Below, in pieces: positions 48,949 to 60,986 of a DNA stretch of 64,000 bases. Made by a program: the position numbers and the translations under genes. The first letter of the stretch is position 1. Each line of letters starts with the position of its first letter. The stretch is from Nemertoderma westbladi (taxonomy: Eukaryota; Animalia; Xenacoelomorpha), in assembly GCA_032718475.1 (NCBI GenBank), contig JAUCBJ010000174.1, positions 62,001-126,000 on the forward strand, in the 5' to 3' direction. The notes under the pieces are model-generated. The model ran no database searches, was not told where the DNA came from, and saw nothing but the letters and a program-made list of their open reading frames with translations.

Positions 48949-51179
48949 ATGATTTTTAATTCATTTCTCGCCTTTGGACGGGCTACTAGATCTGCTGTTA
49001 ACGAATATGTTGGTTTGGGTAAAAAACTCACCCGAGTTCAATCCCATTCCTTCTTTCTACGCGACTGCCTTGAATGGAGCATTGTTCCTAAAGGTTTGCG
49101 TATTCCTGGTATTATTCCACAATCTCTGGATGAGTCGAAATGGTTACAACAAGCAGTTAAAGAGCGTGTTCATACCTTACGTCATAAAACCCATTCCGAT
49201 GTGTTCACCATTCGAGCGAGGAGAACCTCAATTTACGGTTTTATCTCTCAACGAGTACCCATTGAGCTTATTAATTTGTTGGAAGATCAAGCTCAACGCT
49301 CTTACTCCCTCCCGCGAGTTCAATAGGAGTCAAACTATTAAAGAGAAGAAGTTTAACGGTTTACTCATCGACCAAAACCTTACCTTTGCTCAACGTCGCG
49401 GTAATTGGAACCCACCATCAGACACTCAAACCGTCATTAACTTGTCGGAGACCCCTTTGAGTCTGGCCGAGTCACGTGCTTTGGCCCATGGACCTAAGTT
49501 CTCTTTGCCACCTAAGGAGAAGATCCCTGTTCTGGATCTCACAGCCGGATGCCAGCGGGCGGTTGAGTTGGCCACCTGGAATGCTAACCCGAACATTACC
49601 AGTGAGTCCATTCTCCATTTCCAGAATACCGCTGCTCAGATCATGACGAAGCTCTCTAAACTTTCCTCTTCAACTAATAAAGACCAACTGGAATTTAATT
49701 CGCCAATCTATAAATTGGCTAAGGATCGCAACCGGGTTTGTGTTAGTGCGGATAAAGCTCGAACCTTGGTGGTTCTCGACAGAAAGGATTATGAGGACAC
49801 TGTCACCCGTGATTTAAAACCTCATCTTTATGAGAGGCTACCAGCAGATCCCTCTCCCAAGTATGTTAAAACCTTCCGGAATTTATTACTAACAGCGCTC
49901 GCAGGACCCCCTACAACTTGCAGGAAATGTGATGATTGGCTAAAATCCGTTGACCCTGAACGACATCAACAGTACTGGAAGCTTCGCCTAACTCATGGTC
50001 GCGCTGCCCCGTTCTACGCCCTTGTGAAAACTCATAAATTCGATTGTCCACCACGTAATGAGGAGGAACGCAAGTTTTGGATTGATAATCTTAAACTGAG
50101 ACCTATTTGTCCAGGCTACCGAGGCGTTGACCGTAATATGAATCTACATTTAACGAAATGTCTTCAAATTCTCCCTAAACCTCGTATGTCTATTAGTAGC
50201 CCATTCGAGGTTCTCGATATCCTCAGAAACCACAACCACCTAGCTGGTTCCTGCATTTTATTATCCCTCCTAGATGTCACCGCCATGTTCCCTTCCATAC
50301 CGGTAGAGGAGGCTCTTCCGGTTATCCAAGAGCGACTTGAAGCTCACAGCAATGAATTGGTGGGGGTCTCAGCACTTTCGCCAACACAAGTCGTTGATTT
50401 TCTCAGTCTGTCTACTGATAATACTCACATTGTAGTTACGGTTGGTGGCGAGGAATGCTGGTATAGACAAAACGCGGGTTCGCTATGGGCAAAAGTTACT
50501 CTCCACCTGCCTCTGATCATTACATGGGCCATTGGGAGGAGGACTTGGAACTGAGGGCCGTCGATGTCGGAGGATGGATTGGGTTTATCTGTCGTTTCGC
50601 AGATTGGCTGCGTTCTTCGGTTCTCACGAATGTGTTTCAAATTGGGTTGACAGCCTAAACAGGAAACACCCCAATATCCAAGTTACTGTAGAGTTGGAAG
50701 TAAATAAAACCATTGCTTTTCTTGACATTCTTATTGAAAGGGGTAATGATTGCTTTATTACAAGGGTGTTTAGGAAGGCCTGTAATCATAACAAAACCAA
50801 ACACTTGCTTCCACCAGAACAAGTGTCTGGTGTTGTTTACTCCATTGTGTGCTCCTGTGGGGGTAGGTATGTGGGAGAGACCGATCAAGAGCTAAGTGAC
50901 AGAGTAGAACAACACCGCAAAGGATGGCAGCGCAGTTCCCAGAACTCAGCTTTCGGTTCCCATGGTAACTGCAACCCTGGTTTTGGTGATGTCAAGACCT
51001 TGGCCCACGTTACCAATACCAGAGCACGACTATTGGTTGAGTCTGCGTTCATTAGAACATATGGACGAAGAGAGACCATCATCTCGTCCCCAAACGATGA
51101 CTCAATCAATAGGAACTCAGGTACCATGTTATCCAGTTGCTGGCTTCCAGCGATCGTAAACGCGCTATCGGTTATCTAA
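48949..51179 (+). pseudogene. Penelope RT and GIY-YIG endonuclease, frameshifted
   Basis: FLRDC..IVPKGL; VINLS..LS..E..AL..GPKF; ADKARTLVV; FYALVKTHK; LRPI; LDVTAMFPSIP; IAFLDILI; GVVYSIVCSCGGRYVGET...RVEQH; YVDD region missing. Confidence 0.92.
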
Positions 51180-52433
51180 CTGTGCCTCTGTTTATTCATC
51201 TATATTATACTGTATGTGTGTTGTATATGTGTACTGTTTAGTGTTTATTCTTTATTACTTTACTGTATATGTGCGTTGTAGTTGTTGTGTACTGTTTATA
51301 TTATACTGTATGTGCGACGTATACGTATATGTGTACTGTTTAGTGTTTATTCTTTATTATTTTACTGTATATGTGCGTTGTAGTTGTTGTGTACTGTTTA
51401 TATTATACTGTATGTGCGTCGTATACGTATATGTGTACTGTTTATACATTATTATTTTACTGTATAAGTACGTTGTAGTTGTGTACTGTTTATCCATTTA
51501 TATTATACTGTATGTGCTTTGTATATGTGTTCTGTATAAATCTTTATACTTTATTATTTTACTGTATATGTGCGTTGTAGTTGTTGTGTACTGTTTATAT
51601 TATACTTACTGTATGTGCGTCGTATACGTATATGTGTACTGTTTAGTGTTTATTCTTTATTATTTTACTGTATATGTGCGTTGTAGTTGTTGTGTATTGT
51701 TTATATTATACTGTATGAGCGTCGTATACGTATACGTATATGTCTACTGTTTAGTGTTTAGTGTTTATACTTTATTATTTTACTGTATAAGTACGTTGTA
51801 GTTCTGTACTGTTTATCCATTTATATTATACTGTATGTGCTTTGTATATGTGTTCTGTATAAATCTTTATACTTTATTATTTTACTGTATATGTGCGTTG
51901 AAGTTGTTGTGTACGGTGTATGCGTTTATATTATATAATGTTTAGTGTTTATACCGTATTATTATACTGTATATATGCGTTGCAGTTGTTGTGTACTGTG
52001 TATTCATTTATATTATACTGTATGTGCTTTGTATATGTGTAGGCCTACTGTTTAGGGTTTATACTTTATTATTATTCTGTACATGTGAGTTGTAGTTGTT
52101 GTATGTGCGCTGTAGTTGTTTATTCATTTATATTTTAATGTATTTGTTTTAGCCATTTATACATTTCTATTGTAATGTATAATATGTGCTTTCTGTTTGT
52201 ACACTTATTTTATATTGTGTAATGTGTGTGTATGTGCGTTGTACGTACAGTAGTGTGTAGTCTGTAGTGGTAGTTTATACATGTTTCATTATACTGTATG
52301 TTTTTCCGTTAATAGATTTGAATTTTACTGTATATGTGCGTTCTATTTTTTGTATACTGTATAGTATATACTGCTAGGCCTATATACCGGTAACTTTGCT
52401 GTCCAGTGCCCAATAATTAATACTTTTAAAATT

Positions 52434-52476
52434 TAGCATTGATAAAGTTAACCATTGGCTTACGAAACGTCTGCTA
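52434..52476 (+). ncRNA. Minimal type I hammerhead ribozyme, 3' pseudo-LTR copy
   Basis: TAGCA-TTGATAA-A-GTTAACC-ATT-GGCTTAC-GAAAC-GTC-TGCTA. Confidence 0.72.
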
Positions 52477-53119
52477 GGCCTAATTACCTACTATTTTTTC
52501 ATACCTGTGGCTGACAGTCCTTCCTTTGTTTTATCTTTTAATATTTACTCGTCACATTCCCCAACATGATTTTTAAAACATTAAAGAGGTAATAACGGAA
52601 ATCAGTCAATGAGCTATATAGTATAAAATACAATTTTGTACATAAACGAAAACATATAAAATATTTTGTCACTAAAACATACTGAACTCATATAAATCAA
52701 CATAATTTAGTATATACACCCGGAAAAAAAGCATACTTTTAATTAAAAAAATCTACCGATAAGAGCATTTTGAAATCCGACTCAAGCATAATTTCCTGAA
52801 CCTGTCTGTTGGACGTCCTGTTTGTTTACATACATTTAAATCAATAACAATTATTATATGGAATGAAATACTTACATTAAATATATCATCGTATTCTAGC
52901 CAAGTTTAGGCTTTTTGGAAAATCCTCCCTCCTTGGTTTTGGGATTAAAACTTTTTGCCGGCGTTACAATGTGCATAATCCTAATCCTGGCCTTAAGGAA
53001 TCTACCCTCCACTAACGTCCTCCGCTGTATGAGAGTGAGCAGATCAACGATCTGCCTATGAGCAGCCATTCTCTGAAACATACAATATTAAAAACATTAT
53101 CAAAGCTTTATCATACGAT

Positions 53120-53360
53120 TACTGTTGTCACGTAACTTGTGTTTTGGCATGGTCACTGGTCAGCCCTGATTTTTTATTATGCTACATCAAAATTATCTAA
53201 ACGTTCTAAAAATTTTACCTACTAACACACATACAAAATTTCAAAAAAAATTACCAAGCCATTGCTGAGATATAAGCGTCCAAAGATTAGACTGACCGAC
53301 AGACAACATGAGTTTGAGATGGTACCCTTATGCTAAGCTCGCTAACTTACATGGCTCGCC
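53120..53360 (+). repeat. Possible Helentron/HINE-like non-autonomous repeat fragment
   Basis: ACAAAATTTCAAAAAAAATTACCAAGCCATTGCTGAGATATAAGCG...GACCGACAGACAAC pattern; recognised by resemblance only. Confidence 0.3.
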
Positions 53361-53394
53361 CCACATACTGCATTGCCTACTTATTTGTCTTACT

Positions 53395-56300
53395 GTAGGT
53401 TGCGTATGCGGAGCATACGGCGTCCTCCTCTCCCACTTAACCTGTTGTCTTATCATGGCTGCCCTGACTTCCTCCCCCTCCAGGATATCCAAAGCCTCTG
53501 CCATCTCGTTCTCCGCCCCCACAAAGTTGTCGGAGTATATTACTGCGATCGTCCCACCTTTGCGGTCTCTGAACCTTTCTAGGGCATTGATGAATGCCAA
53601 TGCGGTTGCATCTTGGGCGAGTTCTATCCCTACCGCCCGCGTATTGTTACATACGAAGATAATGCCATAGCGCTTCTCTGTGTGCCGCATCACATTAATC
53701 TTTATCGGCCCGAACATGTCCACACCACAATGCGTGAATGGCGGGTCGTGCTGTCTCACCCTACTGGCCGGTAGTGGCACCATCTCCTATATGGCCCGCT
53801 CCTTCTTCGTTCGTCGGCAGGTCTGGCACTGCCCCACTACCGCCTTTACCTTCTTCCTCAGCTGTTTGACCCAAAAGGTCCTTCGTATCTCCGTGAGGGT
53901 TCGGTTGGTGCCCCCGTGCAATATCGACTTATGAGAGTCCCAGATAATCTGGTGGACTATCGGCGATCCATTAGGGATGATGATGGGCTTTGGCGGAATG
54001 ATAATACTGTTGTTGTTCAACACCCTAGAGTTCATTACTAAGATCCCGTCATCATTGAGTTGTGGCGACAGCGCGATCAGCTCACTGTCCCGTCGGAGAT
54101 GCTGTTGTTTACCGACGCATTCCACCTCGTTGCCGTAATTCTTTCTCTGTTCGTAGCAGATAATGGCCTTGGCCGCTCCCTCCAGATCGATGGTTGTTCT
54201 AATTTTTACGTCTTTGCCGACTCCCTTGAGGAAATCCCCGAAGGCTCTCCAGTATGCCACTAACTTCTTGGTCTTGTACCAACTAGAGCTGTAGCTAAGG
54301 AGTTTGTCCGTCGGGTTATCGCATAGTTCTTCCGGTTTTGGTTGCACGTCCCTTATCTCCCTCACCATCTGGCTGTATATCTCTTCACTCTCTGAATCTC
54401 CTCCTTCTTCCTCTAATGTTACTTCCCCTGAGCCCGGGTCCACCTTCCTCATCGGCAGCCAGGCTGTCTTATCGTTCAGAAATTGCGGCCCGTGCTGCCA
54501 CAATACTTCCTTCTTCAGGAAAGTGTGGCGTGCCACGCCCCTCGATAACAAGTCCGCTGGGTTCTCGTCCGTTGGGCAGTAGTGCCACCTTTCCAATTCC
54601 GTCGTTGCCCTTATTTCGTCCACCCTATTTGCGACGAATATAGGGTATCTCGTCCTTTCGTTATGTAGCCAACCAAGCACTACCATGGAGTCCGTCCAGT
54701 AGTGTGTTTCCACTATGTTTGGAATAGCGTCCATCAAGTAGGCTGTGGCCCTAACTCCTAACCTCGCAGCTGTCAACTCGAGTTTCGGAACTGATGCTGA
54801 ATCTGGCGGCGTCAACTTCGCCTTGCTGAATGCGAGTCTGAGCTTGTGAGCCCCCTCTAGTTGTACTAAGTAGAGTGCCGCTCCGTATGCCTCTAATGGT
54901 GCATCGGAGAACATGTGTAGATCCAAATTCGTCATGTCCCCATCCGGGAAATACACGTGTGGCATGCTGTATGTTCCCATCTGCTCTAAACTCTCTGTCC
55001 ATTTGCGCCACTGCTTGCTGATCTCTTCCGGGACCTCTGTATCCCATTCCTCCTTTAGTTTGTATACTTTCTTAACCCTATTCCACCTGGGGTTGGGCAG
55101 AATCTGCCCAACACTTTTTATTTTTAGAAATTCATGATGATGATTTTTATGTATTATTATGAAATTCATTGACTTTTCCTAGAATTTAATTGGCTTTCTG
55201 ATGGTAACAAAATATTTTTTTCATCATTTATACTTTTTGTGCTATGGTGTGTTTTTCATATCATAGTCACATTTTTTTATTATAATATCTTTATTAGCCT
55301 AACTACTAGAAAAGATAATCCCTGGTTGGATAGTTCCCCTGGTCAACAAGCTAGAATACAACCAATTACGGTCCAGGACATTCAGGTTGTAAAGTTAAAT
55401 TCAAACACGAGATTGTCTACTGCTTGGATTAGTACACATCAATCACATTATTTTTTAATAACAAAATACTAAACTGACAGATAAGCAAGCAATAAGTCTA
55501 CTAGGATAAAACAACAACCACCAATGAAACCAGTATATTCCTAATGTAATACAGCAGACATAAACAGAGGTGAATAAATCTATTCAATAACAGCACCCCT
55601 GCAAGCAAAATTTTCACTTGGGATGTCTGGCAGAGTTAGGCAGACATTGGTGTTGGGAGGAGTATTATCTCATCTTTTTACTATAATGGGTTATCTTCAT
55701 GAAAATTAATTTATATGGATATATTATTTAAAATTATGAATATATAAAACTCAGAACAGATTCATTATATATTTTTCAATAAACCTGCGAAAATTTGGAA
55801 AGTTTTGATAAAATTATCATTACTTTTTAGTGTATAATAAACTGTTGGGCATATTATGCCCAACCCCAGGTGGAATCTCGGACAAAAGAGCCCAGGTGGA
55901 ATAGGGTTAAGTATCTGTTTCCCCGTGACTAGTAATGGGGATGCTAGGCCTATGGGATCGTATATCCTTGCTATGTATGACACATAGCCCCTCTTTGTGT
56001 GGATGTCTGCACCCTCCTGGCTCAATTGGTACTTTAGTTCGTCTGTCTCTCTGTTCCACATGATCCCTAGTGCCTTCTGTTGGGACTCTATCCTCTTGTT
56101 CGCCATGTCCTGTCCCTTGGCTGTCGTGGGATTATCCATGGTCGATTCTGGCCTCCTGTCCTCTATGGCTTTCATGAACTCTTGCGAGCTGGATTGGAAC
56201 TTGGTTAGGTTAAACCCGGATCCTTTTAGGATGTTGCGAACCTCGCGCCCCGTATCCAGTAGTTCCTTTACCGTATTTCCAGACTCCATCCAGTCGTCTA

Positions 56301-58870
56301 CATAGAAGCCGCGTCGAATCATATTGACGGCTTTGGCGCTATATTTATCTTCCTTCCCTTCTACCGTGTCCCTCACGGCCACAGTCATCATAAACGAAGA
56401 CGACTTGGCTCCCATATTCTGTACTACCATCTTGTATATCGGTATTGTCGACGGTTCCTCGTCGCTGTTGTACCATAGGAAACGCTGACTGTCGCTGTCC
56501 TCTTCCGTTACATGGACTTGGTTGAACATGCCTTCGATGTCGCAGGTGAAGGCGTGCTTCCCGTTCCTGAATCTAAGTAGGACCTCGATCCCTGAGTTAT
56601 AGATATTGGGACCCTCCAGCAGATAATCGTTTAGGCATTTGCCGTTGGTCTTAGCCGATGCGTCAACTATCATCCGCAGTTTACCTTTCTTTGGGTCTAG
56701 AGTCACGTGGAGTGGCAGGTAGTAGGTCCTGTCCGTGTTTGGTTCATCGACCGGTAACTCTACGGCCCATCCTTTCTCAACATACTTCCTAATTGTCTTA
56801 TGAATGTACTCATTCTTTTCGGGGCTTCGCTTTAGCGTTTGCTTCAACTTACGAAGCTTCGTGAGTTCCATTCTTTTGTTGTCAGGTAACAGTAGTTTTG
56901 GTAGTTTCCATACCATCCCTATGGTATACCGCCCCTTGTCGCATCTCATCGACTCCTTTACGCTTTGTAAAGCCTGCTTGTCTTCCAACGAGGATCCGAC
57001 CCCAGTCTCTTTCAATCCCTCAAAATCCTGCCTGAGCAGTCTCCTGAGCTGCTCCTCCGCTCTCTCATCTCCCATCTCTCGCATAGTTCCCGCGAACATG
57101 CACCCTGATGTCTCCGACATCCTAAATGGCATCTTGGTTTTAATTGGGCCGCTCAGCGTCCACCCGAATGGTGTTAGAATCGCCACCGGGTCACACTGCC
57201 TGTCTTCGCCGAAGACCGTTTGCATTCTCTCGTGGGCCGTCGGGCAGTCCATTCCTACTATGATGGATACCTTCCTAACGTACACCTCTGGGATTGAGAA
57301 ATCGATACTGTCCAGGAATTTATATTGTTCGACCTCGATGTTGGTTGGTTGCCTGGCGTTGATATTTATCGACTCTATCACCTGGACAGGGTCGACGGTC
57401 GCCCCCATAGTCGCATCCCGGTGCAATCGCTGCTATCACGCACCGTCCGGTCCTCATCTCCAGGACCTCATCTTTGCTGGAGATGGTTGTTACCGCCATT
57501 CCACTTGGCCTCATTCTCAATCCTATCTCTTCGGCCACCCAATTCTCAACCAATGTGAAGGCTGCTCCACTGTCGACCAGCATCAGTGTGGTTACTCATC
57601 GATTGCCTTCCCCAATTATCCTTACCGGTACTACCCCGAGTAGTACCGTTCCTCTTTTCTTCGCCCCTATGGTGCTTGTCGCCATTGTCTGCCCTTTACT
57701 TTGACCGAATTTAATTGGCGTTTCTTCGCATTGGTCGGCTCTATGTCCACCCATCACACACCGAGAACAAACTTTGTTCCTTCTCGAGTATTCTCCCTGA
57801 TCTTCCCTGGGTAGCGCTTGCCAGTACCTGCAGTTCATGGTCTGATGAAGTGCATTTGTATGTAATTGGCATTTGCTCTTTGGGTTGTAGCCGTCCTTAT
57901 ACAGTGCGCTGCATATCGCACTTACGTTTGTACCAAAGTCCCTACTATTCTTATTGTTTGGGTTCGGCCTACTGGGCGTGTTAGGGTTATGTTCATTTGT
58001 GTTGTTATTTTTCCCCTGTCCGCTCCATGATGTGGTCTTACCCCTGGCTACTTGTGGACTAGCAGTCCCCTGCGTCGCCGCGTACGGCAGTGACTGTCTG
58101 AGCTTTGGCAATGCATTCGACGCGTTGTGTTCTGGTTTCGGCCTGTGGTAATCGGTCTTTGGTCCCTTTCCCAGGCTATCTTCGCTATAGACTGGGTCCG
58201 TTATTAGTTCAGCTTCATAGTTTAAGAAGCTCGACATTTCTTCTAAACCCGGTTCCGCACCCTTCCTCTCTCGAGTGGAGAAGGCGATTTTCCTCCACTT
58301 ATTGCGCAGCCAGATCGGCAGTGCCTGTGCTATTGTGGTGATGTTATTGGATGCGTTAAGTTCGTATGGCGCGTCCAGCGTCTTTAACACAATTAGTGCT
58401 TTCTCGACTTTGTTCGCAAATATCTTTATGCTAACGGGGTTATCCTGTAGGCCACCCGATGTTATACCTCTCAGGGTTTGCCGGATGATCTTGGCTGGGT
58501 GCCCGTACTCCCTGTCTAGTGCCCGCCATGCTGTCGTGAAGCCGCCCTCAATGCCCTGATACTGCCTCACGATGTCGTATGCTGGGCCTCCTGTATACAC
58601 TTGCAGACCATGCTTGGTCTTTAAGGCATCGATTAATGTAGCCATCCCCATCGCCTGTGCCTCCAATGGGTTCGATGGATGCTGTACAGATTCTGTTGTT
58701 GGGTGCGGTCCGTTCGTCCTATCTGCTGCCCCTCTCTGTGTTGGGTATGTCATAGGGGGTAGCAGCCCCCTCCATATCTCGGTGTCGCATGACCTGTTCT
58801 CGTCCAAGGGGTTCGATGTTCTTGTTCCTATTGGAGTATATTGTTGATATTGTGATGGGGGAATGTCACC

Positions 58871-58901
<31 letters not shown>

Positions 58902-59060
58902 ACCGGTATGTTTGATACTGGGGTTAATGATAATATATATATTGGGGCCCATGCACCTATCCGCAATAATTCTCCCCTCCCCTGGATATATGTTGTGTCC
59001 TTGCATGCTGTAGTCATACAGCTGTGCTGGTACCGGTATAGGCCTATCCACTTCTGGCCT
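53395..59060 (-). mobile_element. BEL/Pao internal region, copy 2 (same family as 23-31 kb), truncated at both ends
   Basis: Gag (57596-59017), protease MLVDSGA, RT with YLPLH/FYVDD, RNase H, integrase N-terminal half; peptides clearly homologous to copy 1; no LTRs. Confidence 0.93.
55076..55906. mobile_element. TTAA-targeting piggyBac-type MITE in BEL copy 2
   Basis: TTAA|CCCTATTCCACCTGGG...CCCAGGTGGAATAGGG|TTAA; removal restores TGKQILKKVYKL. Confidence 0.92.
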
Positions 59061-59272
59061 ACCTACCGGTATGTAGATATGCTGAGAGATATGCTGCTAC
59101 GACAACCACACCACGAGAGGAATTCTGCTTAGTAGACCAAGACCATGGAGAACCAACTCCAACTGTTACCTTTCGAGGAGGAGGACACCGCGATTTAGAC
59201 CCCCATAGTGAAAGTGTACATGTACAGGTTGGTGCTAGCAGCCAATACAGTAGGCCCAACAGTAGGCATGCT

Positions 59273-59780
59273 GTGCAAAATAATAGTGATCGTACACCTA
59301 ACATATCAAGGAGTGAATTCTTTAATTTTTGGGAAGATCGGTTGTTTATGGAGGACAGTGACAGGAGACCAAGATCACGACACAGGTCTGACTACCCAGA
59401 CCGTGACAGGTTTAACCCTACAGAGAGAAATAATGGAAATCATTATTATCTACCAGACGAGGCTAATTACGTGGTAGGGACTGGACCTACGGTAGTTAGG
59501 CCCTCTCCTTTTACTGGGGAAGACCCCAGAGAGGTAATAGACGAATGGATTGGTAGATTTGATAGGGCAGCCAATGCTAACGCATGGTCATTTTCTAAAA
59601 GAGGTATTATCCTTCCTGCGTATTTGGAAGGGAGAGCAGGTCGATGGTACCAAGCAAATAAGACATCTCTAGATCGTCTCAACTATTCACAGTTATGTAA
59701 TGAATTGTTAGATAGGTTTGTCAGCAGTGCAATTCGTTTTTCATATTATGACGAATTCATAAAATTAAACCAAAACTCAG
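59273..59780 (+). pseudogene. Ty3/Gypsy-type gag fragment
   Basis: PSPFTGEDP...IDEWIGRFDRAANANAW...LPAYLEGRAGRWY...YSQLCNELLDRF...LNQ. Confidence 0.75.
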
Positions 59781-59869
59781 AAAATAGCAGGTTGGGTTCA
59801 ATTGAACCGAATATAAGATATTCAGTACTAACAGTACAATGTGAAAAATTGTTATCACAAATTACTTAA

Positions 59870-60986
59870 CCCTATTAAACCCGGGGGGGGGGTCAATATG
59901 ACCCCCCCCCGTGGTGTTTTTATTATAATTCTGAAACAAACGCAGTTGGGAATCTGAAATTTTACGACTTTTCCTAAAAATCTATTGTGTTCCTAGTAGT
60001 GAAAACCGTTTTCAAAAATATTGGGTACTTTTCGAGTTATAGCACAATTTTTTAACCCTACTTTTGGCACTTTTTTTGAGACGTTTTTTGAAAATTACAT
60101 TTTATTAAATATGAATTGTAACATCTCTATTTTTGATTTACACCGGTTTTTTGGTGTTAGAAATTTGATGGAATTCATATAAATTGATTTAGAAATTTCA
60201 AACTTGTACTTTTCGGCGGGTACCAAATTTTGGTGCCAGCACCAAATTTTGAATTAAGTCAATTTTGTAAATTGATCGTTTGAAACTTGTTTTTTACGCA
60301 ATTGGGGTTTTTTTGGGTTTCTGGATTCGATGAAATATATACGAGTTGCACCAAGCGTATCAAACTTGTATTTTTCGGTGCTGTGTGAAATTTTGGTGCT
60401 AGCACGAAATTTTGAAAATCCATTCAATAGATAAAATTGCTTGTGACAATTTATTTCTTGCGTTTTAGAGGTTTATGGCTGTTCTGAATTCAATGGAAAA
60501 TATAATTATCGAACTAGACATCTCAAACTTGTATTTTTCGGATGTGTGTGCAAAATGTGGTGCTAGCACCAAATTTTGAAAACCATCAAATATATCAATT
60601 GATTGTGTCACCTTGTTTCTTGCGTTATACGGGTTTGTGATGGTTCTGAATTCAATGGAATCAGTAAAAATTTCATAAGAGTTCTCAAACTTGTATTTTT
60701 CGCCGGTGGGTGAAAATTGTTGTGCCAGCACCAAATTTTGGAAAATATGCAAATTGATAAGTAGATAGTATCACCTTGTTTCTTGCGTTATACGGGTTTA
60801 TGAGGGTCCTGAATCCGATGGAATCAATAAAAACAGCACTGGACATCGCAAACTTGTACTTTTTGGTGATGGGTACGAAATTTGGTGCTAGCACCAAAAT
60901 TTGCCAAATTACGCCGAAAAATACAAGTAGCAATGATCTGGCATATTAGAAATGTATTCCATTAGAATCAGCGCCCTCGAAAACCT
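59870..60986. mobile_element. Left part of a TTAA MITE (same family as 24719-26222)
   Basis: TTAA|CCCTATTAAACCCGGGG...; collinear with 24719-25778; ~130-140-bp internal subrepeats; breaks off into BEL sequence. Confidence 0.88.

Larger units (their letters stand above)
48010..52576 (+). mobile_element. Penelope-like element with direct pseudo-LTRs
   Basis: Direct repeats ~48010-48959 and ~51195-52576, both ending CCCCAACATGATTTTTAA (overlapping the ATG), flank an RT-GIY-YIG ORF; TG-rich minisatellite inside the repeats. Confidence 0.92.

Noticed and set aside
51214-51801. 195-aa Cys/Tyr/Val-rich membrane protein (also 48174-48434)
   Set aside because: Translation of the TG-rich minisatellite in the Penelope pseudo-LTR.
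52876-53072. Upstream FReD exon (LTLIQRR; good TTTCAG acceptor and GTAAGT donor)
   Set aside because: No W before TLIQRR, no DGS/F/W/Y/GFG pattern and a stop in frame. Another frame gives RIFQKA*TWLEYD, closer to a decayed hAT-type zinc-finger exon. Unresolved.
56804-57643. 279-aa plus-strand ORF and similar plus-strand ORFs at 23-28 kb and 53-59 kb
   Set aside because: Antisense shadows of BEL gag-pol.
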